Shown piece after piece: positions 39,188 through 48,639 of a stretch of DNA of 52,634 bases (its first letter is position 1; each line of letters opens with the position of its first letter). The notes under the pieces are model-generated. The model did not search any database. It had not been told where the DNA came from and saw only the letters and a list, made by a program, of their open reading frames with translations. Source of the stretch: a candidate division WOR-3 bacterium (GTDB lineage Bacteria > Hydrothermota > Tepidihabitantia > Tepidihabitantales > CAIPLT01); assembly GCA_039801485.1 (NCBI GenBank), contig JBDRUR010000002.1:1-52634 (forward strand), given 5' to 3'. Both the position numbers and the translations under genes were made by a program.

Positions 39188-39211
39188 TGTTTATTTTTCC
39201 CCATAGCAAAA

Positions 39212-39284
39212 TGGAGCAGACCAGATTTGAACTGGCGACCTCCTGAGTGCGATTCAGGTGCTCTCCCAACTGAGCTACTGCCCC
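39212..39284 (-). tRNA. tRNA-Ala (anticodon CGC)
   Basis: The minus strand reads GGGGCAGTAGCTCAGTTGGGAGAGCACCTGAATCGCACTCAGGAGGTCGCCAGTTCAAATCTGGTCTGCTCCA. It has the G3:U70 Ala identity pair and anticodon loop ATCGCAC. Confidence 0.93.
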
Positions 39285-39305
39285 ATAAATTTTTGTCACA
39301 AAACA

Positions 39306-39333
39306 ATTTTATGAAAAATTGTAAAAATGTCAA
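39306..39333 (-). promoter_or_regulatory. Sigma70-type promoter of tRNA-Ala
   Basis: On the minus strand: TTGACA (39328-39333), 16 nt, TAAAAT (39306-39311). Confidence 0.5.
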
Positions 39334-39360
39334 CTGATTTTTAAAATGCAGTTGATAATA

Positions 39361-39399
39361 TTAACAAATTATTGACAATTTGTTAAAAATTGTTATTAT
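39361..39399 (+). promoter_or_regulatory. rpmA promoter with a 10-bp perfect palindrome across the -35
   Basis: TTGACA (39372-39377), 16 nt, TATTAT (39394-39399). Palindrome arms are TTAACAAATT (39361-39370) and AATTTGTTAA (39377-39386). Confidence 0.5.
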
Positions 39400-39425
39400 G
39401 GATTATATCATTTTAGGAGCATAAT

Positions 39426-39683
39426 ATGGCACATAAAAAGGGAGCAAGTTCATCACGCAATGGCCGAGATAGCCACAGCAAAAGGCTGGGCATTAAAGTG
39501 TTTGCCGGCGAATGTGTTAATGCCGGCAGTATTATTGTGCGTCAACGAGGCACAAAAATCTATCCGGGATTTAATGTTGGTCGTGCCAAAGATGATACGC
39601 TTTTCGCCCTGGTTAGCGGTCAGGTAAGGTTTGAACGAATATCCCGGGATAAAAAACGGGTTTCAGTCTATCCCCAAAATTAA
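39426..39683 (+). CDS. rpmA: 50S ribosomal protein L27
   Basis: [24 protein letters not shown]... AGGAG SD. Confidence 0.97.
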   Translation: MAHKKGASSSRNGRDSHSKRLGIKVFAGECVNAGSIIVRQRGTKIYPGFNVGRAKDDTLFALVSGQVRFERISRDKKRVSVYPQN

Positions 39684-39684
39684 T

Positions 39685-40614
39685 TTACTTTTGTTTTGAC
39701 ATCAAGCTTAGTAATACTGCCCGTTGAATATTTAATCGATTTTCAGCTTGTTCTAAGACAATTGAGTTAGGTCCGTCCAAGACTTCATCAGTAATTTCCT
39801 GTCCTCGATGTGCTGGTAGACAATGCATTATATAATGTAATTTCGGTGCATTTTTGAGTAATTGTTTGTTTAATTGAAAGTCTTTAAATACTACTGCTCG
39901 TTTTTCTGCTTCATGTTCTTGCCCCATTGATGTCCAGGTGTCGGTATAAATAAACTCACTATCTTTAACTGCTTCTTGTGGGTTATTTGTCAGGGTGATT
40001 TTGGCATTACTTTGTTTGGCTAATTGCATGGCTTTTTGGACAATCTCGGGTTTTGGTTCATAACCTTTGGGTGTGGCGATCTTCATATTAATGCCAAGTT
40101 TTGCGGCACCGATCATCAGTGCATTGCAGACATTATTGCCATCACCAACCCAGGCTAAATTAACACCAGCCAATTTCCCTTTACGGTTATAAATTGTCAA
40201 AAAGTCAGCTAAGGCTTGGCAGGGATGATCAAGGTCAGAAAGGGCATTAATCACCGGTATTGAACTATATTTTGCCAACTCAACAACCGTCTGATGACTG
40301 AACGTCCGGGCACAAATACCATGAACCCACAAACTTAGATTTCGTGCAATATCAGCAATTGCTTCTCGTTTACCCAAACCAATGTCAGCTTGACTTAGGT
40401 AAACTGCTGAACCGCCGAGTTGCCGAATTGCAACTTCAAAACTTACCCGGGTGCGTAAAGAAGGTTTTTCAAAAACCAATGCCAAAATCTTGCCATTAAG
40501 ATATGACAACTTTGGCTCAAATTTTAGTTCGTCTTTTAAATCAATTGCTTTATAAATTAGTTGTTGAATTTCATCTTGTGACAAATCAAACATTGAAACT
40601 AAATCTTTTTTCAT
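39685..40614 (-). CDS. argF: Ornithine carbamoyltransferase
   Basis: Motifs SLRTRVSFE, HPCQALAD, DTWTSMGQE and HCLPAHRGQE. Confidence 0.9.
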   Translation of the reverse strand: MKKDLVSMFDLSQDEIQQLIYKAIDLKDELKFEPKLSYLNGKILALVFEKPSLRTRVSFEVAIRQLGGSAVYLSQADIGLGKREAIADIARNLSLWVHGICARTFSHQTVVELAKYSSIPVINALSDLDHPCQALADFLTIYNRKGKLAGVNLAWVGDGNNVCNALMIGAAKLGINMKIATPKGYEPKPEIVQKAMQLAKQSNAKITLTNNPQEAVKDSEFIYTDTWTSMGQEHEAEKRAVVFKDFQLNKQLLKNAPKLHYIMHCLPAHRGQEITDEVLDGPNSIVLEQAENRLNIQRAVLLSLMSKQK

Positions 40615-40616
40615 AA

Positions 40617-42038
40617 TTATAAAATATATCGACTTAAGTCTTTATTTTCAATAATATGTTTTAGCCGGTCTTGGACATAATCGGCCGTAATGGTAATTTC
40701 TTTTAGGTCCGGATCCGGTAATTTAAATAAGATGTCTTCCAAAAGTGCGCTCATTACAGTATGTAATCGGCGTGCGCCAATATTTTCAGTCATTTCATTA
40801 ACTTGGGCAGCAATTTCAGCAATCTTACAAATTGCGTCATCAGTAAATGACAAATTGACCGATTCCGTGGCAAGCAAAGCGATGTATTGTTTAGTTAGGG
40901 CATTTTCCGGTTCAATTAAAATCCGATAAAAGTCATCTTTTGTTAATGAATCCAGTTCGACCCGGATTGGGAACCGGCCTTGCAGTTCGGGAATCAAGTC
41001 TGATGGTTTGGCGTTGTGAAAGGCGCCTGCGGCAATAAACAGAATATGGTCGGTTTTGACCATACCATATTTAGTCAACACATTTGAGCCTTCAACAATC
41101 GGTAATAAGTCTCGTTGAACACCTTCTCGTGAGACATCAGGTCCGACCGTGGTTTTGGAACCAACAATCTTATCAATCTCATCTAAAAAGACAATGCCCG
41201 AGTTTTCAACTCGTTCTTTAGCTTCACTAATTACTTCGTCCATATCGATTAACTTTTGTGCTTCTTCGATTACTAAAATGCGTCTGGCTTCTTTCACGGT
41301 CACTTTTCGCTTTTTGGTTTTTTGCGGGAAAACATCGGCAAAAATTTCTTGCATCTTTAATGACATCTCTTCACCACCACCTTGACCGACGATTTCAATT
41401 AACGGCATGAATGGTTTGGCAGTTTCAATCTTGATGATTCGATTATCCAGTTTGCCTTGCTTTAACATTTTGCGTAGTTTTTCTTTAGTTTCTGCCATTG
41501 ACTGTCCCTTAGCATTTATTTCAGCAGTAACTTCATTATTTTTTAATGTCTTATCATTTATTGACGGCAATAACAGCTCCAAAATGCGTTCTTCAGCGAG
41601 TTGTTCGGCTTTGGGCATTACCAGTTTTGTCTTTTCACTTTTAACAATATTCACACCGATCTCCATTAGATCCCGAATCATTGAATCAACATCGCGGCCA
41701 ACATAGCCGACTTCAGTGAATTTTGATGCTTCAACTTTAACAAATGGTGCTTGGACTAAATTGGCTAATCGCCGAGCAATTTCGGTTTTACCGACACCGG
41801 TTGGGCCAATAAGAATAAGGTTGTTGGGATAAATCTCGTCTTTTAACTTGCCTTTAACTTGCTGGCGACGCCATCGATTGCGTAGCGCAATTGCAACTGC
41901 CATTTTTGCCTTTTGTTGGCCAACAATAAATCGGTCAAGATAAGCAACAATTTCCCGGGGCGTTAAAAATTTTTTCCTTTGGGAATTATCGCCTTTGCTC
42001 TTTACTAATACTTCTTCAATAAGATTTTTTGTGGACAT
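40617..42038 (-). CDS. hslU: ATP-dependent protease ATPase subunit HslU
   Basis: LTPREIV...FIVGQ, Walker [16 protein letters not shown], and HslU I-domain length (473 aa). Confidence 0.93.
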   Translation of the reverse strand: MSTKNLIEEVLVKSKGDNSQRKKFLTPREIVAYLDRFIVGQQKAKMAVAIALRNRWRRQQVKGKLKDEIYPNNLILIGPTGVGKTEIARRLANLVQAPFVKVEASKFTEVGYVGRDVDSMIRDLMEIGVNIVKSEKTKLVMPKAEQLAEERILELLLPSINDKTLKNNEVTAEINAKGQSMAETKEKLRKMLKQGKLDNRIIKIETAKPFMPLIEIVGQGGGEEMSLKMQEIFADVFPQKTKKRKVTVKEARRILVIEEAQKLIDMDEVISEAKERVENSGIVFLDEIDKIVGSKTTVGPDVSREGVQRDLLPIVEGSNVLTKYGMVKTDHILFIAAGAFHNAKPSDLIPELQGRFPIRVELDSLTKDDFYRILIEPENALTKQYIALLATESVNLSFTDDAICKIAEIAAQVNEMTENIGARRLHTVMSALLEDILFKLPDPDLKEITITADYVQDRLKHIIENKDLSRYIL

Positions 42039-42049
42039 ACTATAACTAT

Positions 42050-42078
42050 ATTCTACTTCAGTAATAAATTAAAGTCAA
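42050..42078 (-). promoter_or_regulatory. Sigma70-type promoter of hslU-argF, near-leaderless
   Basis: On the minus strand: TTGACT (42073-42078), 17 nt, TAGAAT (42050-42055), then 11 nt to the ATG. No SD. Confidence 0.5.
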
Positions 42079-42612
42079 GGCAAATCGTCGGCAGTTGGGC
42101 ATGATTTTGAAATTGAATATATAGTTGATTTGGCAAGGAATCAATATAAGGCTAATAATTAAAATTTTCTAAGATAAATTTAGCAGGACATTGAAAGTTT
42201 TCCACCTTAAACAAAATTATATTGGCGATATAACTGTAAAGCACATTCATTTTTGATGTATTAGATTGATTTTCATAGATATTAGGATAAAATTTATTAA
42301 ACCAAGGGTACAGTCCCCGCCACGGCTTAAATTTGCTCAATTTGGTTCACACAAAAGTGCTGTATTTGAGTTTATTAACTTGTGTTTTATTATTTCTAAA
42401 TTGACGGATATTTCGGTGAATCATTGTCTGCATATTTAAAAGACAAGATTGAATTGGAGCATCAGGTGACTAAAGAAAATGCTAGCGAGATTAATCTTTA
42501 AGCTAGAAATGTCATTGATATCAAAGTTAGATAAGCAATCACGCTATTCAATTCAAAAAGCTATTTTGTAAAAGTTAATAAATGAGCAATTGTTCGTACC
42601 ATCGTAATCTGC

Positions 42613-42641
42613 TTGACTAAATTTTTTTATTAAATTATACT
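42613..42641 (+). promoter_or_regulatory. Sigma70-type promoter of nfo, leaderless
   Basis: TTGACT (42613-42618), 17 nt, TATACT (42636-42641), then 7 nt to the ATG at 42649. Confidence 0.55.
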
Positions 42642-42648
42642 TTTGGTA

Positions 42649-43488
42649 ATGCGATTTGGTTTCCATATTTCAATCGGCGGTGGTTTTAAAAAGGTTGTTG
42701 AAAAGGCAGTTAAAAAACAATGCCAAACGATCCAATTGTTTTCACGAAATCCTCGTGGTTGGGAATTTGGGCAACTGGATAAAGATGATGTTTTAGCGTT
42801 TCAGTCCGCCGTAAAAGATAATGATATCAGTCCGGTTTTTGTTCATATGCCTTACTTACCAAACTTGGCATCATCGAATAAAGATTTGTTTAAAAAATCG
42901 CTTCAATCACTGATAACTGAACTTCAACGAACAGAAATGCTTGGTGCTCAGTTTCTAGTAATGCATGTTGGTAGTCGGTTGAATGCCGCAGAAGAAGTAG
43001 CGATTAAAAATGTTAGCAACGGTATTAATCAAGCATTTTCCAAAATTGACAATGCGGTAATTTTGCTTTTAGAAAATACTGCCGGTATGGGCACCGAAAT
43101 TGGCTATAATTTTAGCCAAATACAAGAGATCATTGACCAAATAGAAGAAAAAGACCGGGTCGGCATTGTGATTGATACCGCCCATATCTTTGAAGCCGGC
43201 TATCCAATCCATACCAAAGAAGGGTTGAACAAAACGTTGAAAGAATGCGATGAGCTGATTGGTTTAAAGCGATTACACCTTTTGCATCTAAACGATTCGA
43301 AAACTGATTTGGGCTCAAGAATCGACCGACACTGGCATATTGGCGAAGGGAAAATTGGACTTGATGGTTTTAAGAATATTATCAATCATCCGCTATTAAA
43401 ACACTTACCGGGCATTATGGAAACACCGAGAAAAGATGACAAAGACGACCTGAAAAATATGAAGGTGATTAAAAGTTTAGTAACTTAA
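42649..43488 (+). CDS. nfo: Endonuclease IV
   Basis: MRFGFHISIGGG..., an Nfo-like TIM-barrel with His/Asp/Glu metal ligands. I prefer the ATG at 42649 to the TTG at 42643. Confidence 0.88.
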   Translation: MRFGFHISIGGGFKKVVEKAVKKQCQTIQLFSRNPRGWEFGQLDKDDVLAFQSAVKDNDISPVFVHMPYLPNLASSNKDLFKKSLQSLITELQRTEMLGAQFLVMHVGSRLNAAEEVAIKNVSNGINQAFSKIDNAVILLLENTAGMGTEIGYNFSQIQEIIDQIEEKDRVGIVIDTAHIFEAGYPIHTKEGLNKTLKECDELIGLKRLHLLHLNDSKTDLGSRIDRHWHIGEGKIGLDGFKNIINHPLLKHLPGIMETPRKDDKDDLKNMKVIKSLVT

Positions 43489-43520
43489 TACCATCAACAG
43501 CACTTGCTTCAATAAATATC

Positions 43521-43548
43521 TTGATTTTTGTTTAACTTTGCATAACAT
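43521..43548 (+). promoter_or_regulatory. Candidate promoter of topA, short leader
   Basis: TTGATT (43521-43526), 16 nt, TAACAT (43543-43548), then 11 nt to the ATG. No SD. Confidence 0.4.
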
Positions 43549-43559
43549 ATAAAGTTTAT

Positions 43560-45692
43560 ATGGCAAAGACAAATAAGTTGATTATTGTTGAATCACCGAC
43601 AAAAGCACATACGATTAAGGCACTATTGCATAATCGATTTAATGTAATTTCTTCACGCGGCCACATTAAAGATCTGCCAAAATCAAAACTTGGTATTGAT
43701 ATCGAGAATAACTTCACACCATATTATATTAATATTCGTGGTAAAGGTAAAACAATTAATGAACTGAAAAAGGCCGCTGGAAAAGCTAAGGAGATTTATA
43801 TTGGTTGCGACCCAGACCGTGAAGGTGAAGCAATCGCTTATCATATTCAAGAAGTTATTAGCAATGGTAAAAAGCCGAAGCGGGTATTGTTCTACGAGAT
43901 TACTAAAAAGGGTATTGAAACTGCTTTAGCAAATCCGACTGAGATTGACTATAATAAAGTAAACGCCCATTTTGCTCGACGCGTTTTAGACCGACTTGTT
44001 GGTTATTTGGTCTCGCCAATTTTATGGAAAACAATTAAACGGGGACTATCAGCCGGACGTGTCCAAACCGTTGCCTTAAGATTAATTGTTGAACGTGAAC
44101 GAGAAATTGAAAAGTTTGTTCCTGAAGAATATTGGCTAATCAAAACACTCTTTACTACTAAGGATAAAGAAGAATTTCAGGCATTGCTGATTAAAGTTAA
44201 TGATGAAGAAATCAAAATAAAAAATGAAGAGGAAGCAAAAGCGATTAAAAGCGAATTAGAAAAAAATATCAATTATACAATCACCAAAGTAAAAACCTAT
44301 CAGAAACACACTAAACCACCACCACCATTTATTACTGCGACTTTACAACAAGAAGCATCTCATAAGTTAGGATTTAGTTCCAAACAAACAATGGTAATTG
44401 CTCAACAATTATTCGAAGGTGTGAAGTTAAAAGATGAAGTGACCGGTTTAATTACTTATCCCAGAACCGATTCGCTACGGGTTGCTGATGAGTTTATTGC
44501 TGAAACCCGTAAATATATCACCGAACAATTTGGTAAAGAGTACTTACCAGCAACGCCAAGAAAATATAAAGAAAAAGGTCTTAGCCAAGGCGCACACGAA
44601 GCAATTAGACCAACATCAATATTCCGGACACCGCAGTCAATTAAACAGTATTTGCAGCCCGAACAGTTCAAGTTATATGATTTAATCTACCGACGGTTTC
44701 TGGCATCACAGATGAACGATGCAATTTATATGGTTACCGATATTGAAGTCAGCGGCGTGAAATCAGATACTGAAAAGACCTATCTTTTTAAGACCCAGGG
44801 CATCAAACAAAAATTTGATGGTTTTGAAAAAATCTATGCCGACAACCCTAACGAAAAATTCTTGCCGGCACTTAAGAAAAATGAAGAGGTAATGTTAAAA
44901 GCCGTCAATTGCGAACAACACTTTACTCAGCCACCAGCGCGATATAGTGAAGCAACTTTAATCAAAAAACTACAAATTAATGGCATCGGTCGTCCATCAA
45001 CTTATGCGACGATTGTCTCAACGATTATTGAGCGAAGATATGTCGAGAAAAAACACGGACGATTACTGCCAACCAAACTAGGTTTTTTAGTTGCCGACAT
45101 TTTGATTCCAAACTTTGATAATATTTTTGAAGTGAATTTCACTAAACGAATGGAAAAAGAATTAGATTTAATCGAAGAAAATAAAGTAACTTGGCAGAAT
45201 GTTGTCCGTGATTTTTACATACCGTTTAAAAAAGACTTGGAGAAAATTCAAGACAAAACACCGGAGATTTTGAAAGTTACTACTGAATATCTTGAAGAAC
45301 TTTGCCCAATCTGTGGCAAACATCTAATGGTAAAATGGGGGAAATTTGGCCGATTTATTTCGTGTTCCGGATTTCCACATTGTAAGTACATCAAAAAAGA
45401 AATTGCCAAAGAAACGCCAACGGTTTTGGAAACCAAATGTCCGCAATGCGGTCGGCCACTGGTTGAACGATATAGTCGTTATGGTAAGTTTAACGCCTGC
45501 TCCGGCTATCCGGATTGTAAGTATATTCAGCATAATTTACTTCCCAAAGAACCACCGAAGTTATTGGATAAGAAATGTCCGAAATGCGGAAAACAGTTAG
45601 TTGAACGCAAAGGTCGATTTGGCAATTTTATTGCTTGTTCTGGTTATCCGAATTGCACCTACCGCAAAGCAATCAAAAAATCTAAAGAATAG
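43560..45692 (+). CDS. topA: DNA topoisomerase I
   Basis: Toprim domain LIIVESPTKA, active-site region ITYPRTDS, and three C-terminal C4 zinc-ribbon repeats. Confidence 0.95.
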   Translation: MAKTNKLIIVESPTKAHTIKALLHNRFNVISSRGHIKDLPKSKLGIDIENNFTPYYINIRGKGKTINELKKAAGKAKEIYIGCDPDREGEAIAYHIQEVISNGKKPKRVLFYEITKKGIETALANPTEIDYNKVNAHFARRVLDRLVGYLVSPILWKTIKRGLSAGRVQTVALRLIVEREREIEKFVPEEYWLIKTLFTTKDKEEFQALLIKVNDEEIKIKNEEEAKAIKSELEKNINYTITKVKTYQKHTKPPPPFITATLQQEASHKLGFSSKQTMVIAQQLFEGVKLKDEVTGLITYPRTDSLRVADEFIAETRKYITEQFGKEYLPATPRKYKEKGLSQGAHEAIRPTSIFRTPQSIKQYLQPEQFKLYDLIYRRFLASQMNDAIYMVTDIEVSGVKSDTEKTYLFKTQGIKQKFDGFEKIYADNPNEKFLPALKKNEEVMLKAVNCEQHFTQPPARYSEATLIKKLQINGIGRPSTYATIVSTIIERRYVEKKHGRLLPTKLGFLVADILIPNFDNIFEVNFTKRMEKELDLIEENKVTWQNVVRDFYIPFKKDLEKIQDKTPEILKVTTEYLEELCPICGKHLMVKWGKFGRFISCSGFPHCKYIKKEIAKETPTVLETKCPQCGRPLVERYSRYGKFNACSGYPDCKYIQHNLLPKEPPKLLDKKCPKCGKQLVERKGRFGNFIACSGYPNCTYRKAIKKSKE

Positions 45693-45722
45693 AATAGTTA
45701 TTTATTTATAATATTTTAGCAA

Positions 45723-46178
45723 TTATTCGTATTGCCGGATAATTTCAATCACATCATTTGAAGTCTGGGCTGCCATTAAGGCATTACGTACTTCGCTTTT
45801 TCTTAATAATCGTGATAACCGTGCCAAAGTCATAATGTATTCGGTTTTCATATTCTCGGGTGCGGCAATTAAAAATATCAGGTGAGAAGGTTGACCATCA
45901 AGACTGGAAAAATCAACGCCGGTTTGTGAACGGCCGAAGACAATTACAATATTTTTAATGGCACTGGTTCGAGCATGCGGAATCGCAACACCTTGCCCAA
46001 TGCCGGTACTCTCTAAATTTTCCCTTCGTAAAATTGCCGAAAAGAACTCTTCGGTATCACTAATCAAATTTTGCTCAATTAATTTTTGAGCTAATTCCTT
46101 GATGACCGCAATCTTTTCAGTATTTTGGACATTTAAAATTATTCCGTTATTTAATATAATTTCAGATAGTTTGGGCAT
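45723..46178 (-). CDS. ptsN: PTS EIIA(Ntr)-like regulatory protein
   Basis: 151 aa with the GVAIPHAR phosphohistidine motif. Confidence 0.8.
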   Translation of the reverse strand: MPKLSEIILNNGIILNVQNTEKIAVIKELAQKLIEQNLISDTEEFFSAILRRENLESTGIGQGVAIPHARTSAIKNIVIVFGRSQTGVDFSSLDGQPSHLIFLIAAPENMKTEYIMTLARLSRLLRKSEVRNALMAAQTSNDVIEIIRQYE

Positions 46179-46600
46179 TAACCCTTCCTTTCGTTATGTT
46201 CATTAAGATTTTTATATGGTATTATAATTGTTGGCATTGTCACCGAATTGGCTAATTTTTTAAGATTAATCTTGGCATTATTACTAAGGATTAATAAATC
46301 CACCCGGTAAACTGAAGCAATATCAATGATTTTCCCAGTTAGAGTTTTTTGATTAATGGTTTCGAGCTCTTCTAATAATAGTGAGATTTTGATGCCATAT
46401 TGAAATGCATCTTCTTCGAATTCATATAACCTTTTCCAAGCTCTTTCTTCTTCAACCTTATTTCTTTTCTGAGCGCTCGGTGGTTTGATAACCGTTAATG
46501 CCAAAATTTGTGAATGATATTGACGGGCTAAAGACATCGTAAACTCGGATAATCTGTCAATCTTGGTCCTTGGTTCAAAATATACTAATATTTTGTGCAT
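46178..46600 (-). CDS. Universal stress protein-like protein
   Basis: 140 aa with a USP-like alpha/beta pattern (KILVYF...DLLILS...PTIIIP). Overlaps the ptsN start by 1 nt. Confidence 0.5.
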   Translation of the reverse strand: MHKILVYFEPRTKIDRLSEFTMSLARQYHSQILALTVIKPPSAQKRNKVEEERAWKRLYEFEEDAFQYGIKISLLLEELETINQKTLTGKIIDIASVYRVDLLILSNNAKINLKKLANSVTMPTIIIPYKNLNEHNERKG

Positions 46601-46602
46601 TT

Positions 46603-48003
46603 TTATTTACCAATACAAAAATTTTTAAAGATTGCATCTAAAATTTCTTCGTTATTAATTGGATTGGTTAACGTAGTTAAGGTATCAAGACTGCTTCGTA
46701 AATTAATTATTGCATTTTCCAAATATTGTTCATGCTCAATTTGAGCTAATAAATTGACAACTTCCTTAAGAGCGGTAATGTGCCGTTGATTTAAGTAGAG
46801 ATAATTATTTGCTGGTGATATTTTTCGTTGATAATACTTCGCCATTGCCCTTTTTAGTTGGTTAATGCCTTGGTTATATTTTGCTGAAATTTCATAAAAT
46901 TTTTCCTTGCCAAAGTATTTTACATCAAAACGTTTTGGTAAGTCAACTTTGTTAAGGATAGTGAGATGAGGTTTTGAGTGAGTTAATTTATAAACCAACT
47001 CGTCATCCTTAGTCATCGTTTGCGAATAATCGTAGATTGCCAATATAAAATCAGCTGAGTTCAGCCAATGTTTTGTATGTTCAATGCCAATTGCTTCGAT
47101 TTTTTCTTTGCCAGAAGGTTTTTTGATTCGCCGCAATCCAGCAGTATCTATTAGATGAAATATGATACTATTGATAACAACGGTTTGTTGCAGACTATCA
47201 CGGGTGGTTCCTGGAAATTCAGTAACAATTGCCCGTTCATTTTCAATCAAGCGGTTGAAAAGTGACGATTTACCGACATTGGGACGGCCAATTATCGCAC
47301 AATAAACACCGTTGCGGAAAAAACGCAATTGTTCATTTTGGGCAATTAGATTTTGCAAGTTGGTTGCTATTTGCTTAATAGTTTTTTTTATCGGCGGTAT
47401 CCTGAATTCACAGGTTTCTTCGTTCTCTTCAAATTCCAGTAAATTTTCTAATTGGACAATGATATTTTTGATATCGGCTGTTAAGTTATTAACAAAATTA
47501 GACAGTTTGCCTTGTAATTGTTCAATTGCTTGATTGAAGCCGGTTTCAGTTTTTGCTTGGGTTAAATCTAAAATTGCTTCGGCTTGGGCGACGTCCATTT
47601 TACCAGCAAGGACACGGCGTTTGGTGAATTCGCCAGGTTGTGCTAACCGCGCACCAATTTTTAAGAGAAGGTCTAAAATTGTTGATGCGACAAAATTACC
47701 ACCGTGACATGAAATTTCAACCATATCTTCACCGGTATAACTATTTGGCGCTTTGAACACAGTTACTAGTACTTCATCTAACATCTTTTTTGTAACGGGA
47801 TTGATAATCTTGCCGAAGTGAACAGTGTTACCTTTAGCTTGCGATAGTTTTATTTTACCTTGGAATATTTTTTCAACAGTAGCAATAGCATTTTCCCCTG
47901 AAATCCGAATGACATTTATGCTTGATATACCCGGTGCTGTGGCGATGGCCGCAATAGTGTCAGAGGTAATGAACTTATAACCTTGAGAACTGCTTAAAAC
48001 CAT
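46603..48003 (-). CDS. mnmE: tRNA modification GTPase MnmE
   Basis: [12 protein letters not shown]1 motif [13 protein letters not shown]-terminal FCIGK. Confidence 0.94.
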   Translation of the reverse strand: MVLSSSQGYKFITSDTIAAIATAPGISSINVIRISGENAIATVEKIFQGKIKLSQAKGNTVHFGKIINPVTKKMLDEVLVTVFKAPNSYTGEDMVEISCHGGNFVASTILDLLLKIGARLAQPGEFTKRRVLAGKMDVAQAEAILDLTQAKTETGFNQAIEQLQGKLSNFVNNLTADIKNIIVQLENLLEFEENEETCEFRIPPIKKTIKQIATNLQNLIAQNEQLRFFRNGVYCAIIGRPNVGKSSLFNRLIENERAIVTEFPGTTRDSLQQTVVINSIIFHLIDTAGLRRIKKPSGKEKIEAIGIEHTKHWLNSADFILAIYDYSQTMTKDDELVYKLTHSKPHLTILNKVDLPKRFDVKYFGKEKFYEISAKYNQGINQLKRAMAKYYQRKISPANNYLYLNQRHITALKEVVNLLAQIEHEQYLENAIINLRSSLDTLTTLTNPINNEEILDAIFKNFCIGK

Positions 48004-48036
48004 GATAAAGTGGTTACAATTTATTTCATCGAGATT

Positions 48037-48639
48037 TTATGATAAGGGTGCAATAACCGCAGTTCTTTTTGATCCGCTGCCAACACCATAAATACGCACG
48101 GTCCCTAATTGGCTGAGTTCTTTTTCCACAATTTTAAATTCCCGTTCAGTTAAAATGTCCAGAGCCATTTCGCGGTTAGTTTCTAATACAATTTTGGCAA
48201 CAGCTAATGCCTTCTTTTTTAAGAAATTCTCGCGGCGGCGGCGGTAGCCGGAGACATCAGCGAAAATATCGATAGTTAATGTTGGATAGCGATGGCGGAA
48301 AATCTGGTTAATCATCGCCTGAATTGACATAATAATCATCCCGCGACGACCAATTAAGAGTCCGTCGGCGCCACGACTTCTGATGTTTGTATAATAACTA
48401 CCGTCTTCATTGATCTTCGTGCGCACCATCGCTTTTATCCCCATCAGTTCAACTAACTTTGAGACGACGGCATTTATTTCGGATTCAAGTTGTTCTGGGG
48501 TTGGCAAAGTAGTTGCACCAGATACTTTTGTTTCATTTTCCGGCTTTACACCTTCGCCAGTGGTTTGATTTTCAGCTGACTTTATTTCTTCGTTACTGGC
48601 TGATTGGTTATTATTTGTTGTTTTATTTGCTTCTGCCAT
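48037..48639 (-). CDS. jag: KH/R3H RNA-binding protein Jag/KhpB
   Basis: KH domain (LLIGRRGMIIMSIQ) plus an R3H-like C-terminus. A GGAGGT SD lies 5 nt upstream of the ATG, inside the yidC 3' end. Confidence 0.8.
   Translation of the reverse strand: MAEANKTTNNNQSASNEEIKSAENQTTGEGVKPENETKVSGATTLPTPEQLESEINAVVSKLVELMGIKAMVRTKINEDGSYYTNIRSRGADGLLIGRRGMIIMSIQAMINQIFRHRYPTLTIDIFADVSGYRRRRENFLKKKALAVAKIVLETNREMALDILTEREFKIVEKELSQLGTVRIYGVGSGSKRTAVIAPLS

Noticed and set aside
42039-42612. Decayed hslV pseudogene or oriC upstream of hslU
   Set aside because: No minus-strand frame shows HslV-like sequence (TTIV..., GSGG motifs). Only scattered 7/9 DnaA-box-like matches occur, and there is no dnaA or dnaN nearby. 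I kept it as a low-interest unexplained spacer.
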